Assembly (NCBI RefSeq): GCF_009914755.1
Contig: NC_060928.1
Length of the DNA: 64,000 nucleotides
DNA from: the human T2T-CHM13v2.0 reference genome, Homo sapiens
Reading direction: 5' to 3' (one strand)
Shown: positions 13,025 through 25,884 of the stretch, piece by piece
How positions within the stretch are numbered: position 1 is the stretch's first letter
Layout of the letters: the number at the start of each line of letters is the position of its first letter
Translations under genes and position numbers: made by a program
Notes under the pieces: generated by a model
What the model was told of the DNA's origin: nothing
The model's input: the letters and a program-made list of their open reading frames with translations, nothing else
The model's database searches: none

Positions 13025-14483
13025 ATGGGCACCACACCTTCCAAACCAGACACTCCCTTAAAATGTATCCTGAATAACTGGGACAAATTCGACCCTGAAA
13101 CCTTAAAAAAGAAGTGGCTGATTGTCTTCTGTGCCACTGCCTGGCCACAGTATTCCTTACAAAATGGAGAAACTTGGCCCCCTGAGGGAAGTATTAATTA
13201 TAACACCCTTCTACAATTAGATGTTTTCTGTAAACAGGAAGGTAAATGGAGTGAATTCCCTTAGGTACAGAGTTTCTTTGCCCTTCATCACAATATTGCC
13301 GTGTGCCAAGCCTGCAAGCTTTTCCCAAATGACAGAGGCCCACAATTGCCTCCATACTCAGGGCCTCTTCCCTCAGCCCCACTCTTCTCCCACACTGACT
13401 CTCCTCCATCCGGCCCCACTGAGGTGTTAAAGGCACACCAGCAAGAGAAGATAAATTCCATGAGTCAGGCACTGAAACTATGTCCCTTATAAGCAGTAGG
13501 AGGAAAATTTGGGCCCATTCACGTGCATGCCCCCTTCTCACTCTCAGACTTAAAACAAAAAAAGGCAGATATAGGGAGATTCTCAGATGTCCTGATAACT
13601 ATATAGATGTCCTTCAAGGATTGATGCAGTCCTTTGATCTAACATGGACAGATACCATGTTGCTTCTTGATCAGACCTTAAGTCCTACTGAAAAAGAAGC
13701 AGCTTTAGCAGTAGCCTGGCAATTTGGGGATCTGTGGTACCTTAGCCATGTAAATGATTGAATGACCCTGGAGGAGAGGGAAAAATTCTCCACAGGGCAA
13801 CAGGCAGTCCCCAGTGTATACCCTCATTGGGATACTGACTCAGATCATTGAGATTGGAGCTGCAGGCATTTGCAAACTTGCATTTCAGAAGGCTTGAGGA
13901 AGACTAGGAAAAAGGCTACGAACTACTCAATGCTATCCACAATTACACAGGGAAAGGAGGAAAACACCTCGGCTTTTCTAGAAAGACTAAGGAAGGCCCT
14001 AAGAAAGCACACATCCTTAAGTCCAGATTCCGTAGAAGGCCAGCTTATTTTAAAGGATAAATTTATCACCCAATCAGCTGCTGACATTAGGAGAAAACTG
14101 CAAAAGTCTACTTTAGGCCCAGAACAAATTTAGAGACATTATTAAACCTGGCAACCTCGGTGCTCTATAACAGGGACCGAGAGGAAGAGGCCGAAAGTGA
14201 AAAGCGAGATAAGAGAAAGGCTGCAGCCTTAGTCATGGACTTCAGACAGGCAGACTTTGGTGGCTCAGAGGGAACCAAGAGAGGAGCAGACCAATTGCCT
14301 AGCAGGGCTTGTTATCAGTGTGGTTTGCAAGGACACTTTAAGAAAGATTGTCCAACAAAAAACAAACTGCCCCCTCACCCCTGTCCAATATGCCAAGGAA
14401 ATCACTGGAAGGTGCACTGCCCCAAAGGATGAAGGTCCTCTGGACCAGAAGCACCCAACCAGATTATTCAGCAACAGGACTGA
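13025..14483 (+). pseudogene. Defective ERV gag (matrix, capsid/MHR, nucleocapsid)
   Basis: Fragments ITQGKEENTSAFLERLRKALRKHT, CYQCGLQGHFKKDC, CPICQGNHWKVHC, broken by stops and frameshifts. Confidence 0.85.
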
Positions 14484-15114
14484 GGGTGCCTGGGGCAAGT
14501 GCCAGCTCATGCCATCACCCTCACAGAGCCCCGGGTAAGTTTAACCATTGAGGGCCAGGAAGTGGACTTCCTCCTGGGCACTGGCGCGGCCTTCTCAATT
14601 TTAATCCCCTGACCCAGATGACTGTTCTCAAAGTCCGTTACTATCTGAGGAATCTTAGGACAGCCTGTAACCAGGTATTTCTCTCGCCTCCTCAGCTGCA
14701 ATTGAGAGACTTTGCTCTTTCACATGCCTTTTCTGTTATGTCTGAAAGTCCCACACCTTTATTAGGGAGAGACATATTTGCCAAAGCTGGGGCCATTATC
14801 TACATGAATATGGGGAACAAGTGACCCATTTGTTGTCCCCTACTTGAAGAAGAAATCAACTTTGAGCTCTGGGCCTTAGAAGGACAATTTGGAAGGGCAA
14901 AGAATATCCATCCAGTCCACATCAAGCTAAAAGACACCACCACTTTTCCTTATCAAAGGAAATATCACTTAAGGCCTGAAGTTCTCAAAGGATTACAGGA
15001 TATTGTTAGAAATTTAAAAGCTCAAGGTTTAGTAAAAAAATGTAGCAGTCTTTGAAACACCCCAATCCTAGGAATACAAAAACCAAATAGTGGAGACTAG
15101 GGCAAGACCTCAGG

Positions 15115-15846
15115 TTTCACCTATCTACCTTCAGGAAATTTTTTTCATCTGTGATAACACAGCCTATCGATGCCAAAATGGCACTCCAAAAGAACTATGC
15201 TATGTCTCATTTCTAGCACCTCCCATGTCCATATATACTGAACAAGAGTTACAAAGTCTCCTTATACCCCAATCTCGCCACACCCGAGCCCTTATTGTCC
15301 CTTTTACAGTAGGAGCAGGAATACTAGGCAGGCTTGGGACTGGAATTGGAGGCATAACCTCCTCCACCCAATTCTATTATAAATTATCATGAGAATTAAA
15401 TGATGACATGGAATGAGTTGCCGACTCCCTAGTGACCCTACAAAGCCAGCTTAATTGTCTAGCTGTGGTAGTCCTTCAAAATCAGAGAGCCCTAGGGTTA
15501 TTAACAACTGAAAGAGGAGGAACCTGCCTCTTCTTAGGAGAAGAATGTTGCTATTTCGTTAACCAGTCAGGAATCATTACTGAAAAGGTTAAAGAAATAA
15601 GAGAACAAATAGAAAGTAGACAGAAAGGAGCTTTAACACTCAGGGCCCTGGAATATGTTTAACAAATGTGTACCTTGGCTCCTCCCCTTTCTAAGCCCTG
15701 TGACAGTCATCCTACTATTACTCGCTTTCGGGCCTTGCATTTTTAACCTCCTTGTCAAATTTGTCTCCTCCAGGATCAAGGCCATCAAGCTGCAAATGGA
15801 CTTACAAATGGAACCTCAAATGAGCTCAACTCACGGCTTCTACTGA
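15115..15846 (+). pseudogene. Defective ERV env 3' half (syncytin-1/HERV-W-like TM)
   Basis: RHTR-ALIVPFTVGAGILGRLGTGIGG fusion peptide, ISD-like LQNQRALGLL, CLFLGEECC (CX6CC), transmembrane segment. Contains internal stops. Confidence 0.85.
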
Positions 15847-16011
15847 GAACCCCTGGATCCACCTGCTGGTCCCTCACTAGCCTAAAAAGTTCCCCTCTGG
15901 AGGACACCACAACTGCAGGGCCCCTTCTTCACCCCTAACCATCAGGAAGTAGCCAGAACGACTGCTGCCAGTTCCCAACAGCAATTGGTGTGTCCTGTCT
16001 AGAGGGGGGAC

Positions 16012-16716
16012 TGAGGAGGTTCCAGCTGGGCTTCCTGGGTCGAGTAGGGGCTCAGAAAGCTGTGAAACTCACTCATTTCCTGTATCAGGACTTACTCTCA
16101 TACTGGATGAATAATATTGAAGATATATGCTTAAAATATTCCTAACATCAGAATTTGTGCATGTGTTTTCTTCCCCCAAGAAAGCTATAAACAGCAAAAC
16201 TTTTGCTGTAAGCTTCCCTGTGTCCTCACTCCCACTCTCCCTTCCCCCTCCCCTGAAACAAAAAGGAATGGTAAAAGCCAGTTTCTTTTTGTGACCAGCA
16301 GACCTTATCTATGCTCCCAGATCCAATTCCTTGTTAACACAATTTGTAAAATCCTGTGAGATTCTGTCTCCTTTGCCATGCGGCTGCAAGGTTATAAAGT
16401 AGATAAAACTTAAGTTAGAATTCCGGTTTTCCTTAAGACCTAAAACATGTTAATTGCCTTTGTTTCTCACTCTGGTAACATCTTCCCACCACATGTATTT
16501 CCCACCTTAAAGAGTTTAAAAGGTGACAAAAAAATCGAACACTGGCTACCCCCTAGGGACCACTTCCACGCTGTGGAAGCTTTGTACTGTCACTCTGCTC
16601 AATAAAGCCTAGGGCTTTTTTTTTTTCTCTTAGTCGGATACGCGTCTCTCTCTCACAGGGGGCTGCCGCCACACCAAATTTTTGGCATGGCTAAGGCAAG
16701 AACTTTCGGTGTTACA
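16012..16716 (+). mobile_element. 3' LTR, LTR30-like
   Basis: TG..CA termini directly after the PPT. 'ccagctgggcttcctgggtcgagtaggggctcagaaagctgtg' matches the recalled LTR30 start. AATAAA at 16601. Confidence 0.8.
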
Positions 16717-19700
16717 CAAATATCAGTACCATTTGTTTATACCAACAACATCCAAGGTGAGAGCTAAATCAAGAATGTACTACTATTTACAACAGCCACA
16801 AATAAAATACCCAGAAATACAGCTAACCAGGGAGGTGAGAAATCTCTACCCTAAACATTACAAAATGCTGTTGAAAAAATTAGAAACAACAGCAACAAAA
16901 AGAAATATATTTCATGCTCAATTATAGAAAGAATTAATATTGTTAAAGTGATCATACTGCCCACAGTAATTTACTGGTTCAGTGCTATTTCTATCAAACT
17001 ACCATGAACATTTTCAATGCAATTAGAAAAAAAACTCTAAAATTCCTATGAAACCAAAAATAGCCCAAAAGTCAAAACAGGTCTAAGAACAAAAACAAAG
17101 AGAGGCATCAAAATACACAACTTCACACTATAATACAAGGCTACAATAACTGAAACAGCATGGTAATGGTACAAAAACAGACACATAGACCCATGGAACC
17201 AGTTAAAGAAGCGGAAATAAAGCTTTACACCTACAGTCATCTGATTTAAGCAAAGTCAATAAGAACAAACATTGGGGAAACAACTCACTATTCAATAAAT
17301 GGTACTAAATAACTGGCTAGCCATATGCAGAAGACTGAAACTAGATATCTTCTTTTTACCATATGCAAAAACCAACTGAAGATGGGTTAAAGATGTAACT
17401 GTTTAACTAATATTGTTTGGCTGTGTCCTCACCCAAATCTCATCTTGAATTGTAGCTCCCATAATTTCCACATGTTGTGGGAAGGATCCAGCAGGAGGTA
17501 ATTTAATCATAGGGGTGGGTCTTTCCCATGTTGTTTTTGTGACAGTAAATAAGTCTCATGAGATATAATTGTTCTATAAAGGAGAGTTTCCCTACACAAG
17601 CTATTTTACCTGCTGCTGTGTAAGATGTGACTTTGCTCCTCATTCACCTTCTGCCATAATTGTGAGGTCTCCCTTGTTATGTGAAACTGTGAGCCCATTA
17701 AACCTCTTTCCTTTATAAATTAACTAGCCTTGGGTATGTCTTTATTAACAGCATAAGAATAGACTAATACAGTAAATTGGTACTAGGTAGTGGCATACTG
17801 CTGTAAAGATATCAGAAAATGTGGAAGCAACTTTGGAACTAGGTAACAGGCAGAGGTTGGAACAGTTTAGAGGACTCAGAAGAAAACAGAAAGATGTGTG
17901 AAAGTTTGAAACCTTCTAGAGACTTGTTGAATGCTTTGAACAAAATGCTGATAGTGATATCGACAATAAAGTCGAGGCAGAGGTGGTCTCAGATGGAGAT
18001 AAGGAACTTGTTGGTAACTGGAGAAAAGGTGACTCTGCTCTGTTTTAGTGAAGACTGGTGGCATTTTCCTCCTGCCCTAGAGATTTGTGAAACTTTTAAC
18101 ATGAGAGAGCTGATTTAGAGCATCTGGTGGAAGAAATTTCTAAGCAGCAAAGCATTCAAGAGGTGGCTTGGGTACAGTCAAAAGCATTCCATTTTATGTA
18201 TTTACAAAGATGTGGTTTGGAATTGGAACTTATGTTGAAAAGGGAAGCAGAGCATAAAAGTTTGGAAAATTCATAGCCTGACGATATGGTATAAAGGAAA
18301 AAAAAAACATTTTCTGAGGAGAAATTCAAGCTGGCGGCAGAAACTTGCATAAGTAATTAGAAACCAACTGCCAAGAAAATGGGGAAAATGTCTCCAGGGC
18401 ATGTCAGAGGTCTTCCTGGCTGAAGCCCTTTCCATTACAGGCTGGGAGGCCTAGAAGGAAAAAATGGTTTTGTGGGCTAGGCCCAGCATCTTGCTGCTTT
18501 GTGCAGTCTCAGAACTCGGTCCCCTTTGTCTCAGCTGTGGCTAAAAGGAGCCAAGGTAGAGCTCAAGCCATGGCTTCAGTGGGGCAAGCCCCAAGCCTTG
18601 GAAGATTGTCAGCTTTGATGTGGTGTTGAGCCTGTGGGTACACAGAAGTTAATAATTGAGGCTTGGGAACCTCTGCCTAGATTTCAGAAGATGTAAGGAA
18701 ATGGCTGGATGTTCAGGCAGAAGTTTGCTGCAGGGGCGAGACCCTCATGGAGAAACACTGCTAGCACAGTGTGAAAGGAAAATGTGTGTTGTGAGTGCCC
18801 CCAACACACCCACACACAGACTCCACCAGAGCACTACCTAGTGGAGCTGGGAGAAGTGGGCCACCATCCTACAATCTGCAGTATGATACATCCAGAAACA
18901 GTTTAGACCATCCAACTGGAAAAGCCACAGACACTCAATGCCAGCCCATGAAAGCAGCCAACGGGAGGGCTGTACCCTGCAAAGCCACAGGGGTTGAGCT
19001 GCCCAAGACCATGGGAGCCCACCTCTTACATCAGTGTGACCTGTATTTGAGACAATGGAGTCAAAGAAGATCCTTTTGGCAATGACTGACCCCTGGATTT
19101 TATTGCCTTACCTGGATTTCAGACTTGCGTGGGGCCTGTAGGCCCTTTTTTTGGCCAATTTCTGCCATTTAGAAGGAGTGTATTTAACCAAAGCCTGTTT
19201 CTTCATTGTATCTAGAAAGTAACTAACTTGCTTTTGATTTTTAGGCTCATAGCTAAAAAGACTTGCCTTACTTCAGATGAGACTTTGGACTATGGACTTT
19301 TGACTTAATGCTGAAATTAGTTAAGTCTTTGGGGAACTGATGGGAGTGCATGATTGGTTTTAAAATGTGGGGATCTGATATTTGGAAGGTGCCAAGGGAA
19401 GAATGATATGATTTGGCTGTGTCCTCCCCCAAATTTCATCTTGAATTGTAGCTCTCATAATTCCCACATATTGTGGGAGGAACTTGGTGAGAGGTAATTG
19501 AATCATGGTAGTGCATCTTTCCCATGCTATTCCCGTAATAGTGAATAAGTCTCTTGAGATCTTATGGTTTTATAAAGGAGAGTTTCCCTACACAAGCTCT
19601 CTTGCCTGCCTCCATGTAATACATGACTTTACTTCTCACTTGCCTTTTGTCATGATTGTGAGGCTTCCCAAACCATGTTTTACTGTGAATCTATTAAACC

Positions 19701-20035
19701 TCTTTCCTTTATAAATTGCCCAGTCTCAGGTATGTCTTTTGTAAGAGCATGAGAAGAGGCTAGTACAGTATCCTAAAACTATAAAATCCTAGAATAAAAT
19801 CAAGAGAATAGAACATAACTGAACTAAAAAGCCTTTGTCCAACAAAAGTAACTATCAACAGAATAAACAGATGACTTACAGAATGGGAGAATATAATTGT
19901 AAACTATGCACCTGAAAAAGGTCTAAAATCAAAAATCTATAAGGAACTTAAACAAATTAACAAAACATACACAAATAACTCCATTAAAAAATGGGCCAGG
20001 GACATTAAGAAAGAATTCTCAAAAGAATATATACA
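16717..20035 (+). mobile_element. L1 ORF2 fragment (16717-17407 and 19768-20035) split by a THE1 insertion
   Basis: ORF2-like IKYPEIQLTREVRNLY. The L1 sequence resumes 'cctaaaactataaaatcctagaa' after the THE1 3' LTR. Confidence 0.8.
17408..19767 (+). mobile_element. Full-length THE1 MaLR element (LTR 17408-17771, internal 17772-19403, LTR 19404-19767)
   Basis: Two similar ~364-bp LTRs ('tttggctgtgtcctc..caaat..catcttgaattgtagctc' to 'ta(a/g)taca') flank an internal region starting gtaaattggtac. Confidence 0.9.
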
Positions 20036-20039
20036 CAGG

Positions 20040-22225
20040 AATGTGTTCAAGATGGTCAGCTAGATGCAGTCAGGAAGTGCCACTGCCACCAGGGGAACAC
20101 CAGGATTTTAATCATACCAACAGAATTTGAACAGATCTTTGGAGAGAAAATGCTGAATATGGATGGAGAAAAGAAGTAGTCACTGAGGCCGAAGAGGAAG
20201 AAGGCTGAGGACGCTCAATGGGGTGCCTGAATACTACAGCTGGTTCTCTGCCCTGAACAGTTTCTAGGGAAGTGTGAGTGAAAGGACTAGTAGATAGCTC
20301 CCTCTCACTGTAGACATCTGGAATCCTGGCTAGATGGGGCTCCATACCTTCAAGGACATGTGGACTGGCAGAGGGGTCTCCCAGAGATTGCCCAGAGATG
20401 GAGCTGCAGACAAAAAGCCAGGGACATTTGTGCATAGGTCATTTCTGGTGGAGCCCAACCATAAGTGCCCACATACCACGCAAATCTACCTCTAAAAGGC
20501 TCTGGCCTTAGCTAACCAATGGGGAGAGAGGAGAACCTACTTTCAAATGGAACTGTGACACATATTCTGCAGGAATACTGGCCCACCAGACCCCTCAACC
20601 CAAGGGCCCCTATCTGGCTGCTCCATAGGAGTTTGTACACAGTACAGCCTCTGTTTTCCAGTTTGAGTGCTTTGCTCCATCTGAATGCATTCTGGCACCC
20701 TGGAAGCCCTTCACATTTTACCCCACCCAAAATCCAACCCCAAGGGACCAGACGATGGAGCCACAAACAGGATCTTAGTTCCCCAGGGCTGCAACCTGCA
20801 GCTTTGGAGTGCCCAGCTGGTGGCTATGCTCAGCACTTGAACAAGGAAGGAGACTACACTCTCTGCAGTCTTGGATTGCTGGGGCACACAAATGCTTGGT
20901 CTTGTGTAGGTTCCTCCACAGGGTTGTTTCAGTGGGGGTGTGGCCTATTTTCCTACCAGACTTCTCCCCAAAGGAGCCCCAATAGACCTTTCTATATGCT
21001 CAAATATATTATCCAAATTTTTTCCTTTTCTCTACTTCTCTCTCAGGAAGGCCAATGAGTCAGAGATTTGGTCTTTTTAGATCATCGTATTTTCTCAGAT
21101 GTTCTGTTCATTTTTCTTAATTTTTTAATTTATTTTTCTGTGACTGGTTGATTTGAAGAACCAGTCTTCCAGACGGAGCAGGTCACCTACGGAGTGAATC
21201 CCATCAAGCTAGCAGCAGACATCTCAGAAGGAAGTTTATAAGCCAGAAGAGACTTAGGGACTGTTTTCAGTGTCCTTAAAGAAAAGAAATTTCAACCAAC
21301 AATTTTGTATCCTGCTGAACTAAACTTACTAAGGGAAAGAGAAAAAAGAAGGCTTCTCTGGCAAGCAAATGCCAACAGAAGATAGTTCTAGTGGATCAGC
21401 CACATAAGAAGTCCTTAAGGGCGTGCTACACATAGATTCAAAAGAATTACCCCTTCTACTACAAAAGCACACTTAAACACATAGTCCACAGGCACTATAA
21501 AGCAACCATGCAATCATGTCTGTATAACAACCAGCTAACCATACCATGACAAGATCAAAATCACAAATACCAATACTAACCTTGCAGCATATACAGGGAC
21601 TCTCTTTGAATGTACACTGGCTAAATGTACCACTCAAAAGACATAGAGTATCTGATACGCCAGACACAAGAGTATGTTGTATACAATAGACCCATCTTAC
21701 ATGTAATTATATAATAGGCTTGAAATGAAAGGGTACAGTAATATCTATCCTGCAAACAAGAAATGAAAAAGAGAAGGAGTTACTATTATTATGTAAGACA
21801 GGCTTTAAGTGAATAAAAATTTAAAAAGAAAATAAATGATATGACCTAATAATAGAATATACAATCCAACAAGCAGTTTTTATTATCCTAAATATATACT
21901 CATCCAACATTGGTGCAAACACCTTTATAAAACAAGTATTTCTTGGCCTATGAAAAGATTTAGACAGTCATACAATAATAGTGGCAGGGGTTGACACCAC
22001 ACTGACAGCATTAGACAGATTATTGAGGCAAAAATGTAACAAAGAAACTCTGGACTTAAGCTTGACGCTTGACCAATTGGACCTAACACTCTGCAGAACA
22101 CTCCACCCCACAACCATGAAATTTACATTCCACTCATTTTTACATGAAACATAGTCTAAGATCAACAACAACCTTTGTTATGAAGCAAGACTGAATACAT
22201 TTACAATAATTGAAATCATTCCAAA
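20040..22225 (+). mobile_element. L1 5'UTR/ORF1/ORF2-start remnant with a short inverted ORF1 piece at ~20990-21170
   Basis: 'caagatgg' L1 start, GC-richer 5'UTR, ORF1 'gaaaagaaatttcaaccaacaattttgtatcctgc', endonuclease start 'atgacaagatcaaaatcacaaataccaatactaaccttg'. Confidence 0.7.
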
Positions 22226-22639
22226 TGCAAATCACAGGGGAGGTATAAAATGTCCTGCAAGGAAAAGGACACTATGTCATCTTCAAACAATGGAAAAATG
22301 CTATCCCTTAACAGAAAGGAGTGGACCTCTTTTGCAGATTCGGAGTTCAGGGGAGTCTAGAAACTGAAGATTTTAACTGCAATGAATTATTTCTCAAATG
22401 TCTTATAATTTCACTCTATCTAAACTGAGACCCTGAATATGGTTAGTGATCAGACTAGGCTGGGAATTCAGCTAGAACTGAGCTGGGCTTATTTTTAAAA
22501 TTCAGTCCTGGACTTAAGATTCAGATTCATTTGGTGGTGGGGACCGGGTGCTTCTACATGAAGTGAGAGTCTCTGTATATGCTGCAGTTAGGGAAGCAGG
22601 AGCTGAGGAGAGACAGAGTAATGTGATTTTAAGTTCAGC

Positions 22640-23050
22640 TCCCTATAAACACACACACCTGCAATGAAGAGTCCAGATGTCCCAATACCCAAAACGATAC
22701 ATGATTTCAAGATAATAACAGTTATGTTTTGATGTATTCACACAAGAAAGTGTCAAGGATAGTTTTCTTGGCATAAATAGAATAATCAGTTTTGTCCTGT
22801 TGTCTGACCACCCACAACTAGACACAGCTTAATTAACCTTTACAGAGATGAGACTCCTACATAAGAAAAACTTAAAACAAAGGTGTTGCATTCAACTCCT
22901 TGCCTTCTGAGGATGCCCTACTCTGTAATGTCATAGCTTTCAATGAATTGTCTTCTCATTGCACTCTGTGACTGACCTTGAATTCCTTACTGTGTGGAAT
23001 CCAATAACCTTCTCTTGGTGTCTGAATCTAGACCCCTTTTTCTGGTAACA
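22640..23050 (+). mobile_element. ERV1 LTR fragment (MER31/MER67-like)
   Basis: Ends 'ccaataaccttctcttggtgtctgaatctagaccccttttctggtaaca', typical of this LTR group. The 5' limit is uncertain. Confidence 0.55.
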
Positions 23051-23429
23051 CTTCCAAGGAGACTTTTCTGGCTTTCACCGTTTGCCTTAATTTGATGGTT
23101 ATTGGTCCTCACTCTTCCATTATTTTCTCCCAAGCATTAATTCTGCAGAAAAAAACATTTGCCTCTATTGTGGTCATAATTTCTACTTTTCCCATATTGA
23201 TAAATTTGTGATATATCCTAATAAGTAAAGCTTTCCCTTTCAAAATACTACCAGCATAATTTACCATTACTGAAAGTATGAAAAATTTAAATTATCACAT
23301 TCCAGGGGCTATTTGTGTTCTCTGTACCAATAGTGATAGGATTCTCATTACAACTGGTAGTGTATGATCCAACTCTAAAATCTCATTTTGTTGTCTGTTC
23401 TTTTTTTTCTGACCTCTCTTGGTACATAT

Positions 23430-24200
23430 TATCAAATGTTGGGTGCTTCCAAGAAGTAGACTCTAAGCTGAATATTTTTTGATGGAGATAATTAGGGAGA
23501 TTTCTTGAAAATAACATCTGTGAAAAAGTAGGAAGCAAGATTGGACAGTGGAACAAAATAGTACATAATTCAGTGCAATAGTTTGAATGTCTGAGTGCCC
23601 CCAAAATTAATATGTTAAAATTCTTATAACCAAAATGATTGTATTAGCAGACAGAACCTTTTAGGAGGTGTTTATGTCATGAAGGCAGAGTCCTGTTTAA
23701 TGGAATTAATTCTTTTGAAAAATATGCTCACAATAACTCATTCATCTATTTTCCCCATTAAGACATGGTGACGGGTTGCCATCTTGGAGGAATGCCCAAT
23801 ACCAGCATCTTGATGGTGAATCTTTCAGCCTCAAGAACTGTGACAAATAAATGTTTGTTGTCTGTAAGCTAGCCAATGTATGGTATTTTTCTATATAGCA
23901 CCCTGAGCATGCTAAGACATGCAGTCTCAGCATAGGTTTCATCTCACCCACTGGAAATTCTGAAGCTAAGTTAGCCCTTCAGAGTTGGTCCAAGTTGAAA
24001 TGAGGAGAATGGGCCTTTAGAGTCCTACATGTGACCAGGCATTGGATATTGGCTGTCTTGGAAAAGTCACTACATACTAGATAGCTTTCAGCAGAGATGT
24101 ACTGAGAGAGAGAGCTTATAGGTGAGGTATGTCAGTTGTTCATCACTTCATCAGCTGGAAAGTAATTTCTATATTCCCAAAAGGGAAATCTGGGTGACAC
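23430..24200 (-). mobile_element. ERVL LTR (LTR40-like) interrupted by MLT1A
   Basis: 'ggaagcaagattggacag' and 'gcccttcagagttggtccaagttg..gggcctttag..accaggcattggat' resemble LTR40. Confidence 0.5.
23574..23919 (+). mobile_element. MLT1A-type solo LTR
   Basis: tgcaatagtttgaatgtc...gctaagaca, with near-TSD ttcag/tgcag. Confidence 0.75.
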
Positions 24201-25034
24201 ATAATGCCTGCACTCAAGGACATTGAAAATATTGAACAATATTGCCACTCTGCAGGCAATATTTGCTCAGAAACTGTGTTCAAATATCTTTTTAAGAAAG
24301 ATTTACCTCATTTCAGATTAACAGATTATTAATAGAATAAAAACAAATATCTCTATTTTGTGACATGCATCTTTTCCTTCCTAATTCTACTTGATGTAAA
24401 TTTCTATTTAGACTTTTTAAAAGTACAACTTGCCTGAATTACAAGGCAATCTGTGAAACAAGTTAAGTAGTAGGCATTTAGAAGATAAATATTTTCTAAG
24501 ACTGAGAAATGTAAGCAATGTTGCAAATATTCAGAAAAGGAAATTATTGTGATTTAGACAAAATATTTTCAAATGAAACAAAGTAACTGTAATTGTACTT
24601 AAAACATATCTGTTTGGATAAAAATAAAAGGAATTTCTACAGTCAGAAAAACAATGTCAAGGAACATGAAATGAAGCTAATATAATAAGTGTGAAACTAC
24701 ATAGAGAAAATGAAGATATTCTATTTGAGAATGTTTAGATAAATAAGAATAGATCACACCACTGCCTCATTGTTGACAGAATGATGCTTTCTTATACTAG
24801 AAACTCTTTATATACAATTAAATTATCTCTTGTTCTGGAGACAGCCACATTTACAATAAGCAAATAACAATAAATTTATTATTCACACATACAAACACAA
24901 AATCATTCATCCTTTTCTTTATTCTCTTGCTTTCCAAAAACTCTATTGTCAACACTTAAATCATTGTGACATTGATTGACATTGATATGTACCAAGTTAG
25001 AGAAAGTTAGAAAGAAAGATAGCATTTTAACAAG

Positions 25035-25762
25035 TTGTCTAAGAAATGGGCTTTTTTGTTTCTTATGCTGACAGTTGTATTCTAGCTCTGAGTCCTGTGA
25101 GAATGTGCTGGTGTGGCCAGTGAAATACAGTCTTTATATCAATTTAATAATGATACTTGATGAACTTGCTCAGAAACACCAAGAGGTAACTGTGCTTGTC
25201 ACCTTCAGCTTCCATCCTCATTGATTCCAACAATTTGCTGTTAAATTTGAGGTTTATCCCACATCTTTTACTGAGAATGAACTTGATTTCATTTTTATGA
25301 AATTGATCAAGATATGGACATACAAGTTTCCAAAGAGTACATTTTGGCATATGATTCAAAGATACAAAAAACACATATTATGAATGTTCTGATACTGTTC
25401 AAAAGCTCTGTGAGTATGCTGTTTTGAACAAGAAACTTATAAGGAACAACAAGATTCCAGAATTTATGTCATTCTTGCAGATGTCATTTCTCATTAGTGA
25501 GCTGCTATCTGAACAGCTTAATCTGTTAAACATTTGTTATACATTTGGTCTACTATCATCCATTTACAACTGGCAGTATGTACCAAGAACTCTGTGGAGG
25601 ACTTTCATTACCTCCTTCTGATGTAGCTGTTGTCATGTCAGAACTTAGTACCAAAATACATTTACAGAAAGATGAAAAATCTTTTGCATTTTCTTCATTT
25701 TAACTTTGCATTTGATAATTTTAACAAAAAGAAGTGTGATCAGTTTTACAGTGAAGTATTAG
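25035..25762 (+). pseudogene. Decayed UGT2 first exon (divergent UGT2B-like) with intact 5' splice donor
   Basis: TTG(for ATG)-[128 protein letters not shown]|GTAAGT. Several frameshifts. Confidence 0.92.
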
Positions 25763-25884
25763 GTAAGTTAGTGGTTAATTTATTCCCTTTTCCCTCCAAT
25801 ATGTGGAAGGAAACTTTCCTTTCTTTGTGTCTGTTAGAGTGTGTTAATGAATTAAAATAGAAAATAACCTTTTTTGTTATTTGA

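Larger units (their letters stand above)
12325..16011 (+). mobile_element. HERV30-like (HERV-W/9 supergroup) provirus internal region; 5' LTR absent, most of pol and 5' env deleted
   Basis: Defective gag from ATG 13025 ([24 protein letters not shown], two CCHC knuckles) to TGA 14483. Protease VDFLLGTGA. RT start to ~15114, then env SU end and TM. Polypurine tract agagggggga at 16001-16010. Confidence 0.85.

Noticed and set aside
12995-15846. Gag, pro and env ORFs as functional or domesticated genes
   Set aside because: Many stops and frameshifts, the protease Asp is changed to Gly, and most of pol is deleted.
20519-21058. 179-aa ORF
   Set aside because: Lies in an L1 5'UTR remnant and runs across the inversion junction. 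No recognisable domain.
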